This document shows, piece after piece, positions 1 to 8,449 of a DNA stretch of 62,143 bases. Source of the stretch: Gemmatimonadaceae bacterium (GTDB taxonomy: Bacteria > Gemmatimonadota > Gemmatimonadetes > Gemmatimonadales > Gemmatimonadaceae). The notes beneath the pieces are model-generated. The model was not told the origin of the DNA. It did not search any database and was given only the letters and a program-made list of their open reading frames with translations. A program made the position numbers and the translations under genes. Every line of letters begins with the position of its first letter. The stretch's first letter is position 1. The stretch lies in NCBI GenBank assembly GCA_025927495.1, contig JAICLH010000001.1:1-62143 (forward strand), read 5' to 3'.

Positions 1-581
1 CCGCCGGCCGCGGCGACGACGAAGACCTGCGATGCCCCTGTGCGCGTGGACGTGAACGCGAGTTGCGAGCCGTCCGGGCTCCACGCCGGCGACTGCTCGG
101 GCACCGTTGCATCCGCACCCGTGTTGAGCGCCGTTGCGGTCGGGAAACCGGTGTCTGAAAGCGCAGGCGCCGGTACGATCCAGATCCGTGGAAGACCCGT
201 GCGATTGCTGGTGAACGCAATGAGATCACCTTGCGGACTGAGTGCCGGTTCAAAGTCGCTGGCGGCGCTCTTCGTCACACGGTGTTGCACCGCGCCGAGC
301 GTATCCGACAAGTAGATCTCTTGGTTTCCGTCTCGATCCGACGTGAAGACGAGCAGCGACGCGGCACTACGCGGATCCGTGTCGTTCCCCACGTCGTTCG
401 TGATCTGGATCGAGCTGTCATTGCGAAAGAGATACAGCTGCGACGGACCCGTGGCGTCCGACACGTAGACGAACGTCGGCACGCTGCGAAGGCTGGGAGA
501 TGTCGTCGAGCTCGAGCACGCCGCGAGTGCCGCGATGCACGCAATGATCATCGTAGTGGCTGAGCGCACCGTGCACCTCAT
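1..581 (-). CDS. PD40/TolB-like beta-propeller lipoprotein (first 193 codons; 3' end lies beyond the window start)
   Basis: Absent from the ORF track because it is open at the window edge. My reverse-strand translation from ATG 581..579 gives MRCTVRSATTMIIACIAALAACSSS (signal peptide plus lipobox). It continues with repeated D..P..SP.G..(I/L)AFTS units (e.g. EQSPAWSPDGSQLAFTS, DFEPALSPQGDLIAFTSNR) typical of PD40 repeats. The ATG overlaps the TGA of the upstream PqqD gene (ATGA). Confidence 0.65.
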   Translation of the reverse strand, partial: MRCTVRSATTMIIACIAALAACSSSTTSPSLRSVPTFVYVSDATGPSQLYLFRNDSSIQITNDVGNDTDPRSAASLLVFTSDRDGNQEIYLSDTLGAVQHRVTKSAASDFEPALSPQGDLIAFTSNRTGLPRIWIVPAPALSDTGFPTATALNTGADATVPEQSPAWSPDGSQLAFTSTRTGASQVFVVAAAG

Positions 582-847
582 GCAGATGTGGGTTCGATGA
601 GTCGCTCGGCGAGCAAGTCATCGAGCAGCCGACGCACTGCGAGTGTGGCCTCTGGCGTCTCTACGTCGTACTCCCGTACGAGCGTCTCGACGATTTCGTC
701 CTCGCTTGCGTGTTGCTCGAGTAACGACCAGATGCGCGACCCCGTGTCGTTGAGCGAGAAGTATCGCTTCGTGTACAGCTGCAGCAGCACCGCGCCGTCG
801 CTGAGGGACGCCGACAGCGCATCCGGGACAATGCGGTAGCGTGTCAC
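578..847 (-). CDS. PqqD-family protein (RiPP recognition element-like peptide chaperone), 89 aa
   Basis: C-terminal part of track ORF 578..1588. VTRYRIVPDALSASLSDGAVLLQLYTKRYFSLNDTGSRIWSLLEQHASEDEIVETLVREYDVETPEATLAVRRLLDDLLAERLIE matches the PqqD/RRE fold pattern. The GTG start at 847..845 overlaps the kinase stop (GTGA). The long N-terminal extension in the track is an Arg-rich high-GC artefact. Confidence 0.75.
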   Translation of the reverse strand: MTRYRIVPDALSASLSDGAVLLQLYTKRYFSLNDTGSRIWSLLEQHASEDEIVETLVREYDVETPEATLAVRRLLDDLLAERLIEPTSA

Positions 848-1671
848 TTGGCCGCCGCCAGAATGGTGGCGTGCACGGTGGTTAGTTGGGCCGCAGTGTG
901 CTGCAACATGAAGCAAGGAACGGACTCGACCAAATCGCGCAGCATGCCGAGATGCGAGCGTGCGTGATCGTCCGTCACCAGCAGGAACGTCGACTGACGG
1001 ACGAGCATCGCGAGCGCCGCCGTTGGCGACAGCGCGGAAAGGACATCTCGCTCGCCACGCTGCAATACCACTACGCCGGCAACCATCGCACGCCTCATGA
1101 ACGTCGCGTCCACGGCGACCCGATGGCGAGCGTCCTGCCAATTGACGAGCGACTCGCGCTGACTCAACTCTGGAAACCATGCCGCGAGCTCGATGCTCAC
1201 GCGCAGCGGCTCGTGCCACCCGTGTGCGATCGGGCCGGGCGAGGTGCGCTCGAGCACGACGCCGTCGTCGCCTAACACGGGCCAGCCGCGACGCGCCAAC
1301 GCGTACGTGAGTGTGGATTTGCCGCAGCCGCTCTCTCCGGTCAGCAGCCAGGCGCCCCCGTCCGGTGCCACGACGCCCGCTGCGTGTACGTGATATCGCG
1401 CATGCTCGCGCAGCTTGAGCATGGCGCCCACGCGAGCCAGCAACTGGCGAGTTGGGCGCGGCGCCGCGGCGTATCCAGGACCGCGAATCAATCTGCCGTG
1501 CGTGAGTCGCAGCTCGGCGCGAAACTCGGCGTCGACGAGCCGCGAGTTCGATCCCACTGTGACGCCATCCACTGGCCCGCACCGCCAATGCGTCTCGCCT
1601 TCGGAACCGGATGCACGAACGGGGGCGCCAGTACTCCGTGCGCCCCCGTCTGGTGATTCCGTTGCTGCCAT
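844..1671 (-). CDS. HPr kinase-related serine kinase (HprK-related kinase A/B type)
   Basis: P-loop LLTGESGCGKSTLTYALARRGWPVLGDDGVVLE resembles the HprK C-terminal domain (G.SG.GKS ... DD). The start is taken at ATG 1671 (MAATESPDGG...) and is uncertain. The track ORF extends to 1887. Confidence 0.7.
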   Translation of the reverse strand: MAATESPDGGARSTGAPVRASGSEGETHWRCGPVDGVTVGSNSRLVDAEFRAELRLTHGRLIRGPGYAAAPRPTRQLLARVGAMLKLREHARYHVHAAGVVAPDGGAWLLTGESGCGKSTLTYALARRGWPVLGDDGVVLERTSPGPIAHGWHEPLRVSIELAAWFPELSQRESLVNWQDARHRVAVDATFMRRAMVAGVVVLQRGERDVLSALSPTAALAMLVRQSTFLLVTDDHARSHLGMLRDLVESVPCFMLQHTAAQLTTVHATILAAAK

Positions 1672-1691
1672 CGATTCTGAGCTCGTGAAGA

Positions 1692-1943
1692 TCAATGCTG
1701 CGGCGGACCCGAGGAGCTTGGCTGAACGGACGGGCTCTGCGCGGGTGAAAGGCTTGGATTCACGTTGCCGCAACCGGCCGGAGTGCAGGAAATTCCTGGC
1801 TGGAGCAGCACCGCCCCCATTACTCCAAGGACATTCTGCGTGAGTACAGTCATCGATGCGTGCGAGGTGAGCGACGGTGCGACCCACGCGCGTCTGCCAA
1901 CTCGGTCCGTCTCAGGCGTTGCTGGCGTAGGCGATGTCGTCAT
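1692..1943 (-). CDS. Candidate small Ser/Pro-rich peptide (possible precursor peptide); coding status unproven
   Basis: Part of track ORF 1692..1991, ending 20 nt upstream of the kinase ATG. It contains WVAPSLTSHASMTVLTQ followed by a hydrophobic stretch, two Cys and a Ser/Pro-rich tail (NPSLSPAQSPSVQPSSSGPPQH). Possible starts are 1991, 1943, 1853 and 1820. None has a convincing Shine-Dalgarno sequence. Confidence 0.3.
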   Translation of the reverse strand: MTTSPTPATPETDRVGRRAWVAPSLTSHASMTVLTQNVLGVMGAVLLQPGISCTPAGCGNVNPSLSPAQSPSVQPSSSGPPQH

Positions 1944-1992
1944 CGATTCGTTGGGCGAAGGAGCCGGCAGTCGAGGAAAAGCCTCGATCATC

Positions 1993-2033
1993 CAAAAAGT
2001 CCACCGGGCGCACTATGTAGTATCGCCCGGTGG
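1993..2033 (-). terminator. Rho-independent terminator after the 2065..3402 lipoprotein gene
   Basis: On the minus strand there is a perfect 10-bp GC-rich stem, CCACCGGGCG (2033..2024) with CGCCCGGTGG (2010..2001), and a 13-nt loop. It is followed by ACTTTTTGG (T-run 1997..1993). Confidence 0.7.
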
Positions 2034-2064
2034 CACTCCAAATCAACGGCGAAGGGCAACCTCA

Positions 2065-3402
2065 TTACGGTTGTGACACCCCGATTCCGTATGTAAGGAC
2101 GCTCCACGCCGAGTTATGGTCTCCAGAGATGCTCCCGTCCCCGAAGAACTCGGCAGGTCCAGTCGTAAACGTCACAACCGAGTCCTGCGCGACCGTCGGC
2201 AGCTGACTGTAGGGCAACCTAAGGCGCCGAGCGCCGTCCACTTCGAGCGTTACGCTATCCGTGCCAAACTTCCGCAGCCGATAAGTGTGCAGACTCGTCG
2301 CGGTCACGTTCGTGCTGTCGACGAAGTTCGCCTGCGGCAGGCCATGCCCCAAGAGGTTCTTCGCGAGGAACGCAATTTTCACGAAGCCAATCCGGCTACT
2401 CGTCAAACCCACTGCCGCCATTCGCGTCCCGTCCACGAATCCAAATACGGTCTCTGGCTTGTTCCCACCGTTGCCGACCTTCACGTGCGCCTCGAAGTAT
2501 GCAGCTGTTCCCGCCGCCAACGAGTCGCGCCGGTATCCGTAGTAATCCTTGTTGTTGGCCAAGATCAGGGAATCAACACCCGCATTCTTTGACCAACTTT
2601 CGGTGGCACTTCCCGAAAGAGACATGTGTCCCGTGCGCCAGATCGGCTTCGCGTGCTGATCGGGAGCAGAGTCCGTCGGCGCATTGTAGAACACATTCCA
2701 GTTCGTCTGCGCTGGCGCCGGCCAGTCTGCGCCGACGATCAAGAAGAACGTGAAGTTCGTCACCTGCTTGGGCGACGTGAATTGGATGGTGCGACGTGCG
2801 CTGACGGTATCCGCTCCCGCCACAGGCTGCTTCGCGGCCAAGCGCTCGCGCCAGTACAGGTATCGCTGGTTAGGCGCGGTGAACGTGCCCGTACCGTCGT
2901 ACCCGACAATCGACATCGCACAACCGCCCGGGCAATTGGTCGACGTCTGCGTCACCGTTGGGCCGTTGATTATGCCCAAGAAAATGCCGGTCGTGTCGCT
3001 CGGCGTCGCGCCGGATTGGTTGCTGCCAATCGGGTACGGCAAGAGATTGCGCACCCCGAACTTCATGGTCCACGTCTTGGTGTTGCCCTGGGTCGCGACC
3101 GTGGCGGCCGCCGCGTACACCCGCACGTTCACGTTTTGTGTGCCGTATATCGAGCCGTCGATACCAGGCGCGAAGTTGCCTGACGTTCCGTCCAACGGCG
3201 TCATAGTGACGTTGCCGTCACCATCTACTGTAGCCATGACCACACCGAGACCTTGCGACGGCAACACCGTCGGGGGCTGCGGCGTGACCCCTGTGCCGGT
3301 AATGGATGCCGAACGATCACTACAACCAACAACAGCCACGAGCGCAGCGACTACGCCCGCAGCGCGAATTGCCGATGAGTGAAAACCAAGGCGCCGAGAC
3401 AT
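2065..3402 (-). CDS. Secreted lipoprotein, unknown function, with a C-terminal concanavalin/LamG-like region
   Basis: An internal ATG at 3402 gives MSRRLGFHSSAIRAAGVVAALVAVVGCSD (signal peptide plus lipobox). The C-terminal 170 aa (FEAHVKVGNGG...HTYRLRKFGTDSVTLEVDGARRL) looks like a LamG/lectin-type beta-sandwich. The family call is from pattern only. Confidence 0.6.
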   Translation of the reverse strand: MSRRLGFHSSAIRAAGVVAALVAVVGCSDRSASITGTGVTPQPPTVLPSQGLGVVMATVDGDGNVTMTPLDGTSGNFAPGIDGSIYGTQNVNVRVYAAAATVATQGNTKTWTMKFGVRNLLPYPIGSNQSGATPSDTTGIFLGIINGPTVTQTSTNCPGGCAMSIVGYDGTGTFTAPNQRYLYWRERLAAKQPVAGADTVSARRTIQFTSPKQVTNFTFFLIVGADWPAPAQTNWNVFYNAPTDSAPDQHAKPIWRTGHMSLSGSATESWSKNAGVDSLILANNKDYYGYRRDSLAAGTAAYFEAHVKVGNGGNKPETVFGFVDGTRMAAVGLTSSRIGFVKIAFLAKNLLGHGLPQANFVDSTNVTATSLHTYRLRKFGTDSVTLEVDGARRLRLPYSQLPTVAQDSVVTFTTGPAEFFGDGSISGDHNSAWSVLTYGIGVSQP

Positions 3403-3645
3403 CGTCTTCCCCCGAGCGCCATCAGCGGCGCTCTCTTCAATGTGCCCCTGCGCGGGACATCCCGCCGCAGAGGCAAGGTTTGACTCCATGACGAAAGCCG
3501 CGCACAGATCCCCATCCGGCTCCGTCTTGCTTGTAACATTAGACGAGTCTAACCTAACGTGCGTCACAGGTCGCTAAACAAGCGCCGGCGCCAGGTACAG
3601 TATTCGCCCAACCGGCGAATTTTTCAAGAGTTGCAAGCCGTCGTC

Positions 3646-5037
3646 TCACGCCGAAAGTGCGACCGGCTCGCCGCGATTCCACATTAAAAGCCCTCGAACG
3701 GGACAGCCTCGATCCCGAATCAATCCCGTTAGTGCTTGCAGCGCTCGCACCGACGTGCGCGTCCTCCGGACCACGACCACAGGCGACGCCAGGGTTGCCG
3801 TTAGGCTCAACCCGCCGGCGCTCGACAACGGGGCGCTCAACAGCACACAATCGTACCGCCGGCCGACGTGCTCGAGAACCTGCGTCACATCCGCGGTCAT
3901 CGAATCCATTGCCTGGTGCGCGCCGAAGGCACCGCTCGGCAATACGTCCAATGTTCGATCGCGATCCACGACGACGCTGCGTACCGCCGCTGCCCACTCG
4001 ACTCGTCCGGCGAGCACGTCGACCAGTCCAGGCGTCCCGCGCACGCGCGTGGCCGACGAGAGCGACTGACGCTCGATGTCGGTGTCGATGACCAACACAT
4101 CGCGCACCTGCCGCGCGGCGACGGCGCCGAGGTTCGCCGCCACCACAGCGGTGGTAAGCGCGTCGTCGCCCACGATCGCGAGCAATGGTAGGTTGTCCGA
4201 GCGATTCGCCAGCTGCGCGAACAGGAGCCGGTACGCCTCCGAATCCAACTCGACTAACGGAGGCATCTCCTGATCGGAACGACGGCGTCGCACCGGCATA
4301 GCCGGCGCCTCACCGACAGACGCCAACACCCGAACCCCGGCGATCGACTCGGCTTCGTCTTCATCGGACACCCGCGGATCGCGCACCTCGAGCGCGAGCG
4401 CGACGGCAAACCCGACCACAACGCCGAGCGCCCCGGCTCCCGCGAGCATCGCCGGCACCGATGCGCCAATCGAGTCAGCCGATTTCGCGCGCGACTCGTT
4501 CGCATCCATGTCCCGATCCACCGCGCGCGCCTGCAGCAGCCACCGGTGCGCGGACGCGCGCGCCGCGATGGCCGAGTCGTGCGTCCGCTCCAGGGCCATA
4601 GTGTCGGCCACACTCGATGACTGAGCACTCGACTGCCGCGCCCTGAGCAGCACCGAGTCGGTCAGCTGCAGCACCGACCCCGCCATCCTGATGTGACGCT
4701 GAATCGAGATCGTATCCGGTCGCGTTCGCGCAGGGCGCAATGTGGCTCGCACCGCGCGCCGCTCTTGCAACGGCGCGACCACCGTGGCGACCAACACCGC
4801 TATGAACGCGGTCAAGCCGATGGCGCTCACAAGGAGTGGCCGCCGATACACGTTGCGCGCCCGGCGTCGAATCCAGCCCGGTGCATGGGCGGTCGATGCG
4901 GGCAACGTCGGTGCCTTTGGCGAGTCTTCGGCGTCGGCTGGCGGCAACGCCATCATCCTCTTGTCAATCGCTTCGGCCACGTCTTCCGATTCGGACATCG
5001 CTTCCTGTTCACGCATCGACCTGTGATGGACGCCCAC
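3646..5037 (-). CDS. Polysaccharide chain-length determinant / BY-kinase-like protein with degenerate ATPase motifs
   Basis: A TM segment (LLVSAIGLTAFIAVLVATVV), a coiled periplasmic region and a second TM are followed by a MinD/CpsD-like domain (VLVIDTDIERQSL, DVLPSG, YDCVLLSAPL). The Walker A position reads VGDDALTT instead of G.GK(S/T). The start could be a downstream ATG. Confidence 0.65.
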   Translation of the reverse strand: MGVHHRSMREQEAMSESEDVAEAIDKRMMALPPADAEDSPKAPTLPASTAHAPGWIRRRARNVYRRPLLVSAIGLTAFIAVLVATVVAPLQERRAVRATLRPARTRPDTISIQRHIRMAGSVLQLTDSVLLRARQSSAQSSSVADTMALERTHDSAIAARASAHRWLLQARAVDRDMDANESRAKSADSIGASVPAMLAGAGALGVVVGFAVALALEVRDPRVSDEDEAESIAGVRVLASVGEAPAMPVRRRRSDQEMPPLVELDSEAYRLLFAQLANRSDNLPLLAIVGDDALTTAVVAANLGAVAARQVRDVLVIDTDIERQSLSSATRVRGTPGLVDVLAGRVEWAAAVRSVVVDRDRTLDVLPSGAFGAHQAMDSMTADVTQVLEHVGRRYDCVLLSAPLSSAGGLSLTATLASPVVVVRRTRTSVRALQALTGLIRDRGCPVRGLLMWNRGEPVALSA

Positions 5038-5061
5038 ATACGGGCCGCCGTCAGCGGTGTG

Positions 5062-7536
5062 CTAGGGTTGGCCGAAAGGGTCGCCAGGCGGCGCCTCCAT
5101 GGCCCTGGTCGGTGCGGGAAGCTCACGACGATCGATCCATCGGCCGAAGTCGGCTGCGATCGCCATCCAATGCGCGCGCTCGCCAAACGAGCTCGAGGTA
5201 CGCGCATGGCGGGCGGCAGTTGTCCGAAGATTCGAGATCTCGAGCTCCGCGATTGCACGGACTTGCTGTCCCGCGCTGGTATCGGATGCCAGTGTGAGGA
5301 GCCTGTCGGCGACCGCGCGCTGCGTCACGCGCCGCAGCGAGGCCAGTTTGGGTGATGTTGGGGTGCGAGCATTCCACGTCGCCGCAACGAGTGAGTCGAT
5401 CACTTCCTCGAGGCTGATCGGGTTGCGCTCCTCCGTCGCGAATCGAACCACGCGGGCCGCGCGCTCGCGCTCGAGGATGGCGTTGACGATCATTTGGGCT
5501 AGCGTTCTTGCGGCGCCAAACTGGTCGAACGCCGGACGGGTACGACTGCCGAACAATTCGGGAGACGAGTCGTACGAGAACGGTCGCGGACCCATCAAAC
5601 TCAATACGGTGTCGGGAATCGCCAGCTCCGCCGGTGCGAGCGCGCCTAACAACTGATGCAACGCGGCCCGTTGCTCCGCCGCCGGCAAGGGTCGCGTTTC
5701 TTGCTGGCCATCCCCGCTCACCGCGTTGGCGTATTCCATACCGCCGATCGTCTTGGCTAACGAGTTGAGCGCGAAGCGGTGCAGGAAGTAGACAGGCACG
5801 AACCGCTCTTGCACGAGCGCCACCGGTTCGCCCGCGCGAATGTTGCGCAATCCGAACCTCGCGATCGCGCTGCGACGCACGGCCATCTGATCGCGCAGGA
5901 AACCGGAGGCCGACGCTTGGTCATCCCACAAATTGGTCCGGGGATCCGATGCGAAGTCCGGACGCGCATCGGCGTCGGACAAAAACAGATATCCTTTGCG
6001 GAGGCCATCGGCTACGATCGCGTGCAGCGAGTCGGTTTCGCTCGCGCGCGGGAAGATGCCGTATCCCCAGTGGATGGCCCACACGTCGTACGCGCCCGGG
6101 CCGGACGCATATGCTTGACTGATGTCGATGCTTCCATCGGACGCGAGACGCACGCGTGGCGGCGGATAGTCCATCACCGATCCGCGGTCGTAGGTCGATG
6201 CGATGTAGTTGTGCGCCAGGCCTAACGTATGACCGACTTCGTGCGCAGCTTTCTGTCGCACGCGAGCCAGAACGAACGCGGTGTCTGCCGCGGACGATGC
6301 GGCGCCCATGAGACCCGCGTACAGATTGTAGTCCGTGCGCTCCCGATGCGAATCGAGACGTGCCATGCCCTTGATGATCTCGCCGGTTCGGGGATCGCCC
6401 AGCGATCCTCCAATGGACCAGCCGCGCTCGTTGCGATTCTCCCACTGAACAACGTTGTACCGCGCGTCCATGGGATCGACGCCTTCGGGAAGATCTTCGA
6501 CGCGGAACGCGCCCTTGAGCCCCGCCTCATCGAACGCCGTGACCCACCAGCTCACCCCTTGTTTGACCGCGGTGCGAATTGGTTCTGGAATGCCGCGATC
6601 GACGTAGTACACGATCGGATTCTTGATCGCGCTCGTCGGATCGTCTGGCCTAACGCGCTCCAGCCGGTGGCGCCCGATCCAGCGCTGCTCGAGCGAGCCT
6701 TGAATCGGTTGCCCGTAGTCCTTGAACGTCACACCGAAGTAGCCGACACGAGGATCGAGCGCACGCGGCTCATACGCACTGTCGGGCAGCGGCAGGAAGG
6801 ACAGATGCTGACGCAACGTGATTGCCGCTGGATCAGGCATGATCTCCGCGACGATGTCACCGGGCTTGCCGCCGGCGAGCGCGAACGTCAACGACGCGTC
6901 GATCTCCGTGTTCTCCGGAAAGGCCTTCGTGTACGGCGCGAAGATGGTGGAGCGATCGCGCGACAGCGCGTACGAGCCTTGCTTGTTCGCGTCCAGCGTC
7001 TCGGCGACGCGCACCCAATCGCGAAAGACCATGTCGCTCGCGTCGACGAGGACGCGGCCGCCGGATTCCTCTTCGACGATCGGTAGCGCCGCGACCGTAC
7101 TTGGCGGAAACGATTCCTGCACGCTGCGCACGTTGTCCTGGTTAGGCGACGAGCTCCGGTAGTTCCAGTTCTCGAGCACCAACAGCATGCGGGTACCGGC
7201 GCGATCGAATCGCGCGACGAAAGCGCCCACATCCGCGCCGCGATCGAGTCCGATCGGATTGGATCCGAGGCCCGTAGCCAGCGAGACGAACAGCAGCGCG
7301 CGCATTGAATCGCGCGGAATCTCGAGCAGCACGCGCTGACGCTTGAGATCGACATCGAGCGGAAGAAAGCCGTTCCAGTGCTGCATGCCGGTCAGCGCAT
7401 TGGAGGTCGCGGATGCGATGGTGTCGTGGGAAGTCGTCGTCCGCGAAACCGGCTGGACCGCGGAGACGTGAGCCTGTCGGCCTGCGCAGGCGATGGCAGA
7501 CAAGCACACAGCAATGCCGGCGAGGGTTCGCTTCAT
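5062..7536 (-). CDS. Secreted zinc-dependent metalloprotease (DUF5117/DUF5118-type)
   Basis: Contains the HEVGHTLGLAHN zincin motif and is about 820 aa. ATG 7536 gives MKRTLAGIAVCLSAIACAG (signal peptide/lipobox). Confidence 0.85.
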   Translation of the reverse strand: MKRTLAGIAVCLSAIACAGRQAHVSAVQPVSRTTTSHDTIASATSNALTGMQHWNGFLPLDVDLKRQRVLLEIPRDSMRALLFVSLATGLGSNPIGLDRGADVGAFVARFDRAGTRMLLVLENWNYRSSSPNQDNVRSVQESFPPSTVAALPIVEEESGGRVLVDASDMVFRDWVRVAETLDANKQGSYALSRDRSTIFAPYTKAFPENTEIDASLTFALAGGKPGDIVAEIMPDPAAITLRQHLSFLPLPDSAYEPRALDPRVGYFGVTFKDYGQPIQGSLEQRWIGRHRLERVRPDDPTSAIKNPIVYYVDRGIPEPIRTAVKQGVSWWVTAFDEAGLKGAFRVEDLPEGVDPMDARYNVVQWENRNERGWSIGGSLGDPRTGEIIKGMARLDSHRERTDYNLYAGLMGAASSAADTAFVLARVRQKAAHEVGHTLGLAHNYIASTYDRGSVMDYPPPRVRLASDGSIDISQAYASGPGAYDVWAIHWGYGIFPRASETDSLHAIVADGLRKGYLFLSDADARPDFASDPRTNLWDDQASASGFLRDQMAVRRSAIARFGLRNIRAGEPVALVQERFVPVYFLHRFALNSLAKTIGGMEYANAVSGDGQQETRPLPAAEQRAALHQLLGALAPAELAIPDTVLSLMGPRPFSYDSSPELFGSRTRPAFDQFGAARTLAQMIVNAILERERAARVVRFATEERNPISLEEVIDSLVAATWNARTPTSPKLASLRRVTQRAVADRLLTLASDTSAGQQVRAIAELEISNLRTTAARHARTSSSFGERAHWMAIAADFGRWIDRRELPAPTRAMEAPPGDPFGQP

Positions 7537-7672
7537 GCGCAAGGGAACGAAAGGAGAGGGTAGGGCCGACGTGCGTAATGCGGCGCGAAACTGAGACGGG
7601 AGAAAGTAACGGGGGCGAGAGTGACTAGCACCCTCGCCCCCGTGTTGCCGTACTCTCAAACTGAACGGCGCC

Positions 7673-8209
7673 TTACTGCACCGTGACCGATCCCTTCATG
7701 CCCAGCGCAAGGTGGGGCATGCAGTGGAAGGGATAGGTTCCTTTCGGGACCTTCGCGAAGGAAATGGTTTCGCTCTCACCGGCATTCATGAGGAAATTGC
7801 TCTGCAGCGGAGCCATCTGGTTCGGCATGTTCGCCGTCAGTTGGGCCGTCGCTCCGGCAGGAATCGTCGTCGAGTCGAAGGCGACATCGTGTGGGCCGCC
7901 CGACTCCATTGTGAACTTGATACCGTCGCCTTGCTTGATTGTGAGCGTGGCGGGTTCAAACCGATAACCTTTCGCATCACCCACCATCTTCACGTCCCAC
8001 GTCTTACCGGTGATCGGCGCGGCGGTTGCCGACGTTGCCGCCGCTCCGCCTGCGGCGGGAGCGGCGGCTGGTGCCGCGGCGCTCTCACTCGCTGCCGGCG
8101 CGCTAGCCGCCGTGGTATCCGAGGTCGACGCCGCGTTCTTCGAGCCGCCGCCACACGCGCCAAGGGCGAATGCGCCGGCGATCAGCGCCACCTGTCCGAT
8201 GAACCGCAT
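7673..8209 (-). CDS. Cupredoxin (plastocyanin/pseudoazurin-like blue copper lipoprotein)
   Basis: ATG 8209 gives MRFIGQVALIAGAFALGACGG. An Ala-rich linker precedes the C-terminal copper ligand pattern GTYPFHCMPHLALGMKGSVTV (H...C..H....M). Confidence 0.85.
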   Translation of the reverse strand: MRFIGQVALIAGAFALGACGGGSKNAASTSDTTAASAPAASESAAAPAAAPAAGGAAATSATAAPITGKTWDVKMVGDAKGYRFEPATLTIKQGDGIKFTMESGGPHDVAFDSTTIPAGATAQLTANMPNQMAPLQSNFLMNAGESETISFAKVPKGTYPFHCMPHLALGMKGSVTVQ

Positions 8210-8449
8210 TTCTTTAGGCCTCCAGTGCCGAGCTGTTGCAAAAGTTGCTGGGATTGCTTCCGGTCGCACACGCGAAGCATTGTGAACTTATTCACATGGA
8301 TCACCAAAGGCAAACCACGCGCGGTGCTCGCGCATCGGGCGTGCCATGTAGCGTGACCCATGTAGCCTGACATAGAACCAGCAGACCCCTACGACAAGCG
8401 GGAGCGTCGCAACGCGGCGCTCCCGCCTCTAAGGCACCATATTTTTCGC

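Noticed and set aside
578-847. Linking the PqqD-family gene to PQQ supply for the dehydrogenase at 57.7 kb.
   Set aside because: No pqqA, pqqB, pqqC or pqqE is nearby. The gene is translationally coupled to a kinase and a PD40 protein and lies 57 kb from the dehydrogenase. Stand-alone PqqD homologues are generally RiPP recognition elements.
1-1991. Calling the kinase-PqqD locus a lasso peptide gene cluster.
   Set aside because: No asparagine-synthetase-like lasso cyclase or transglutaminase-like leader protease is visible. The candidate core also lacks the Asp/Glu needed for the macrolactam ring. Only the RRE and kinase logic is shared.
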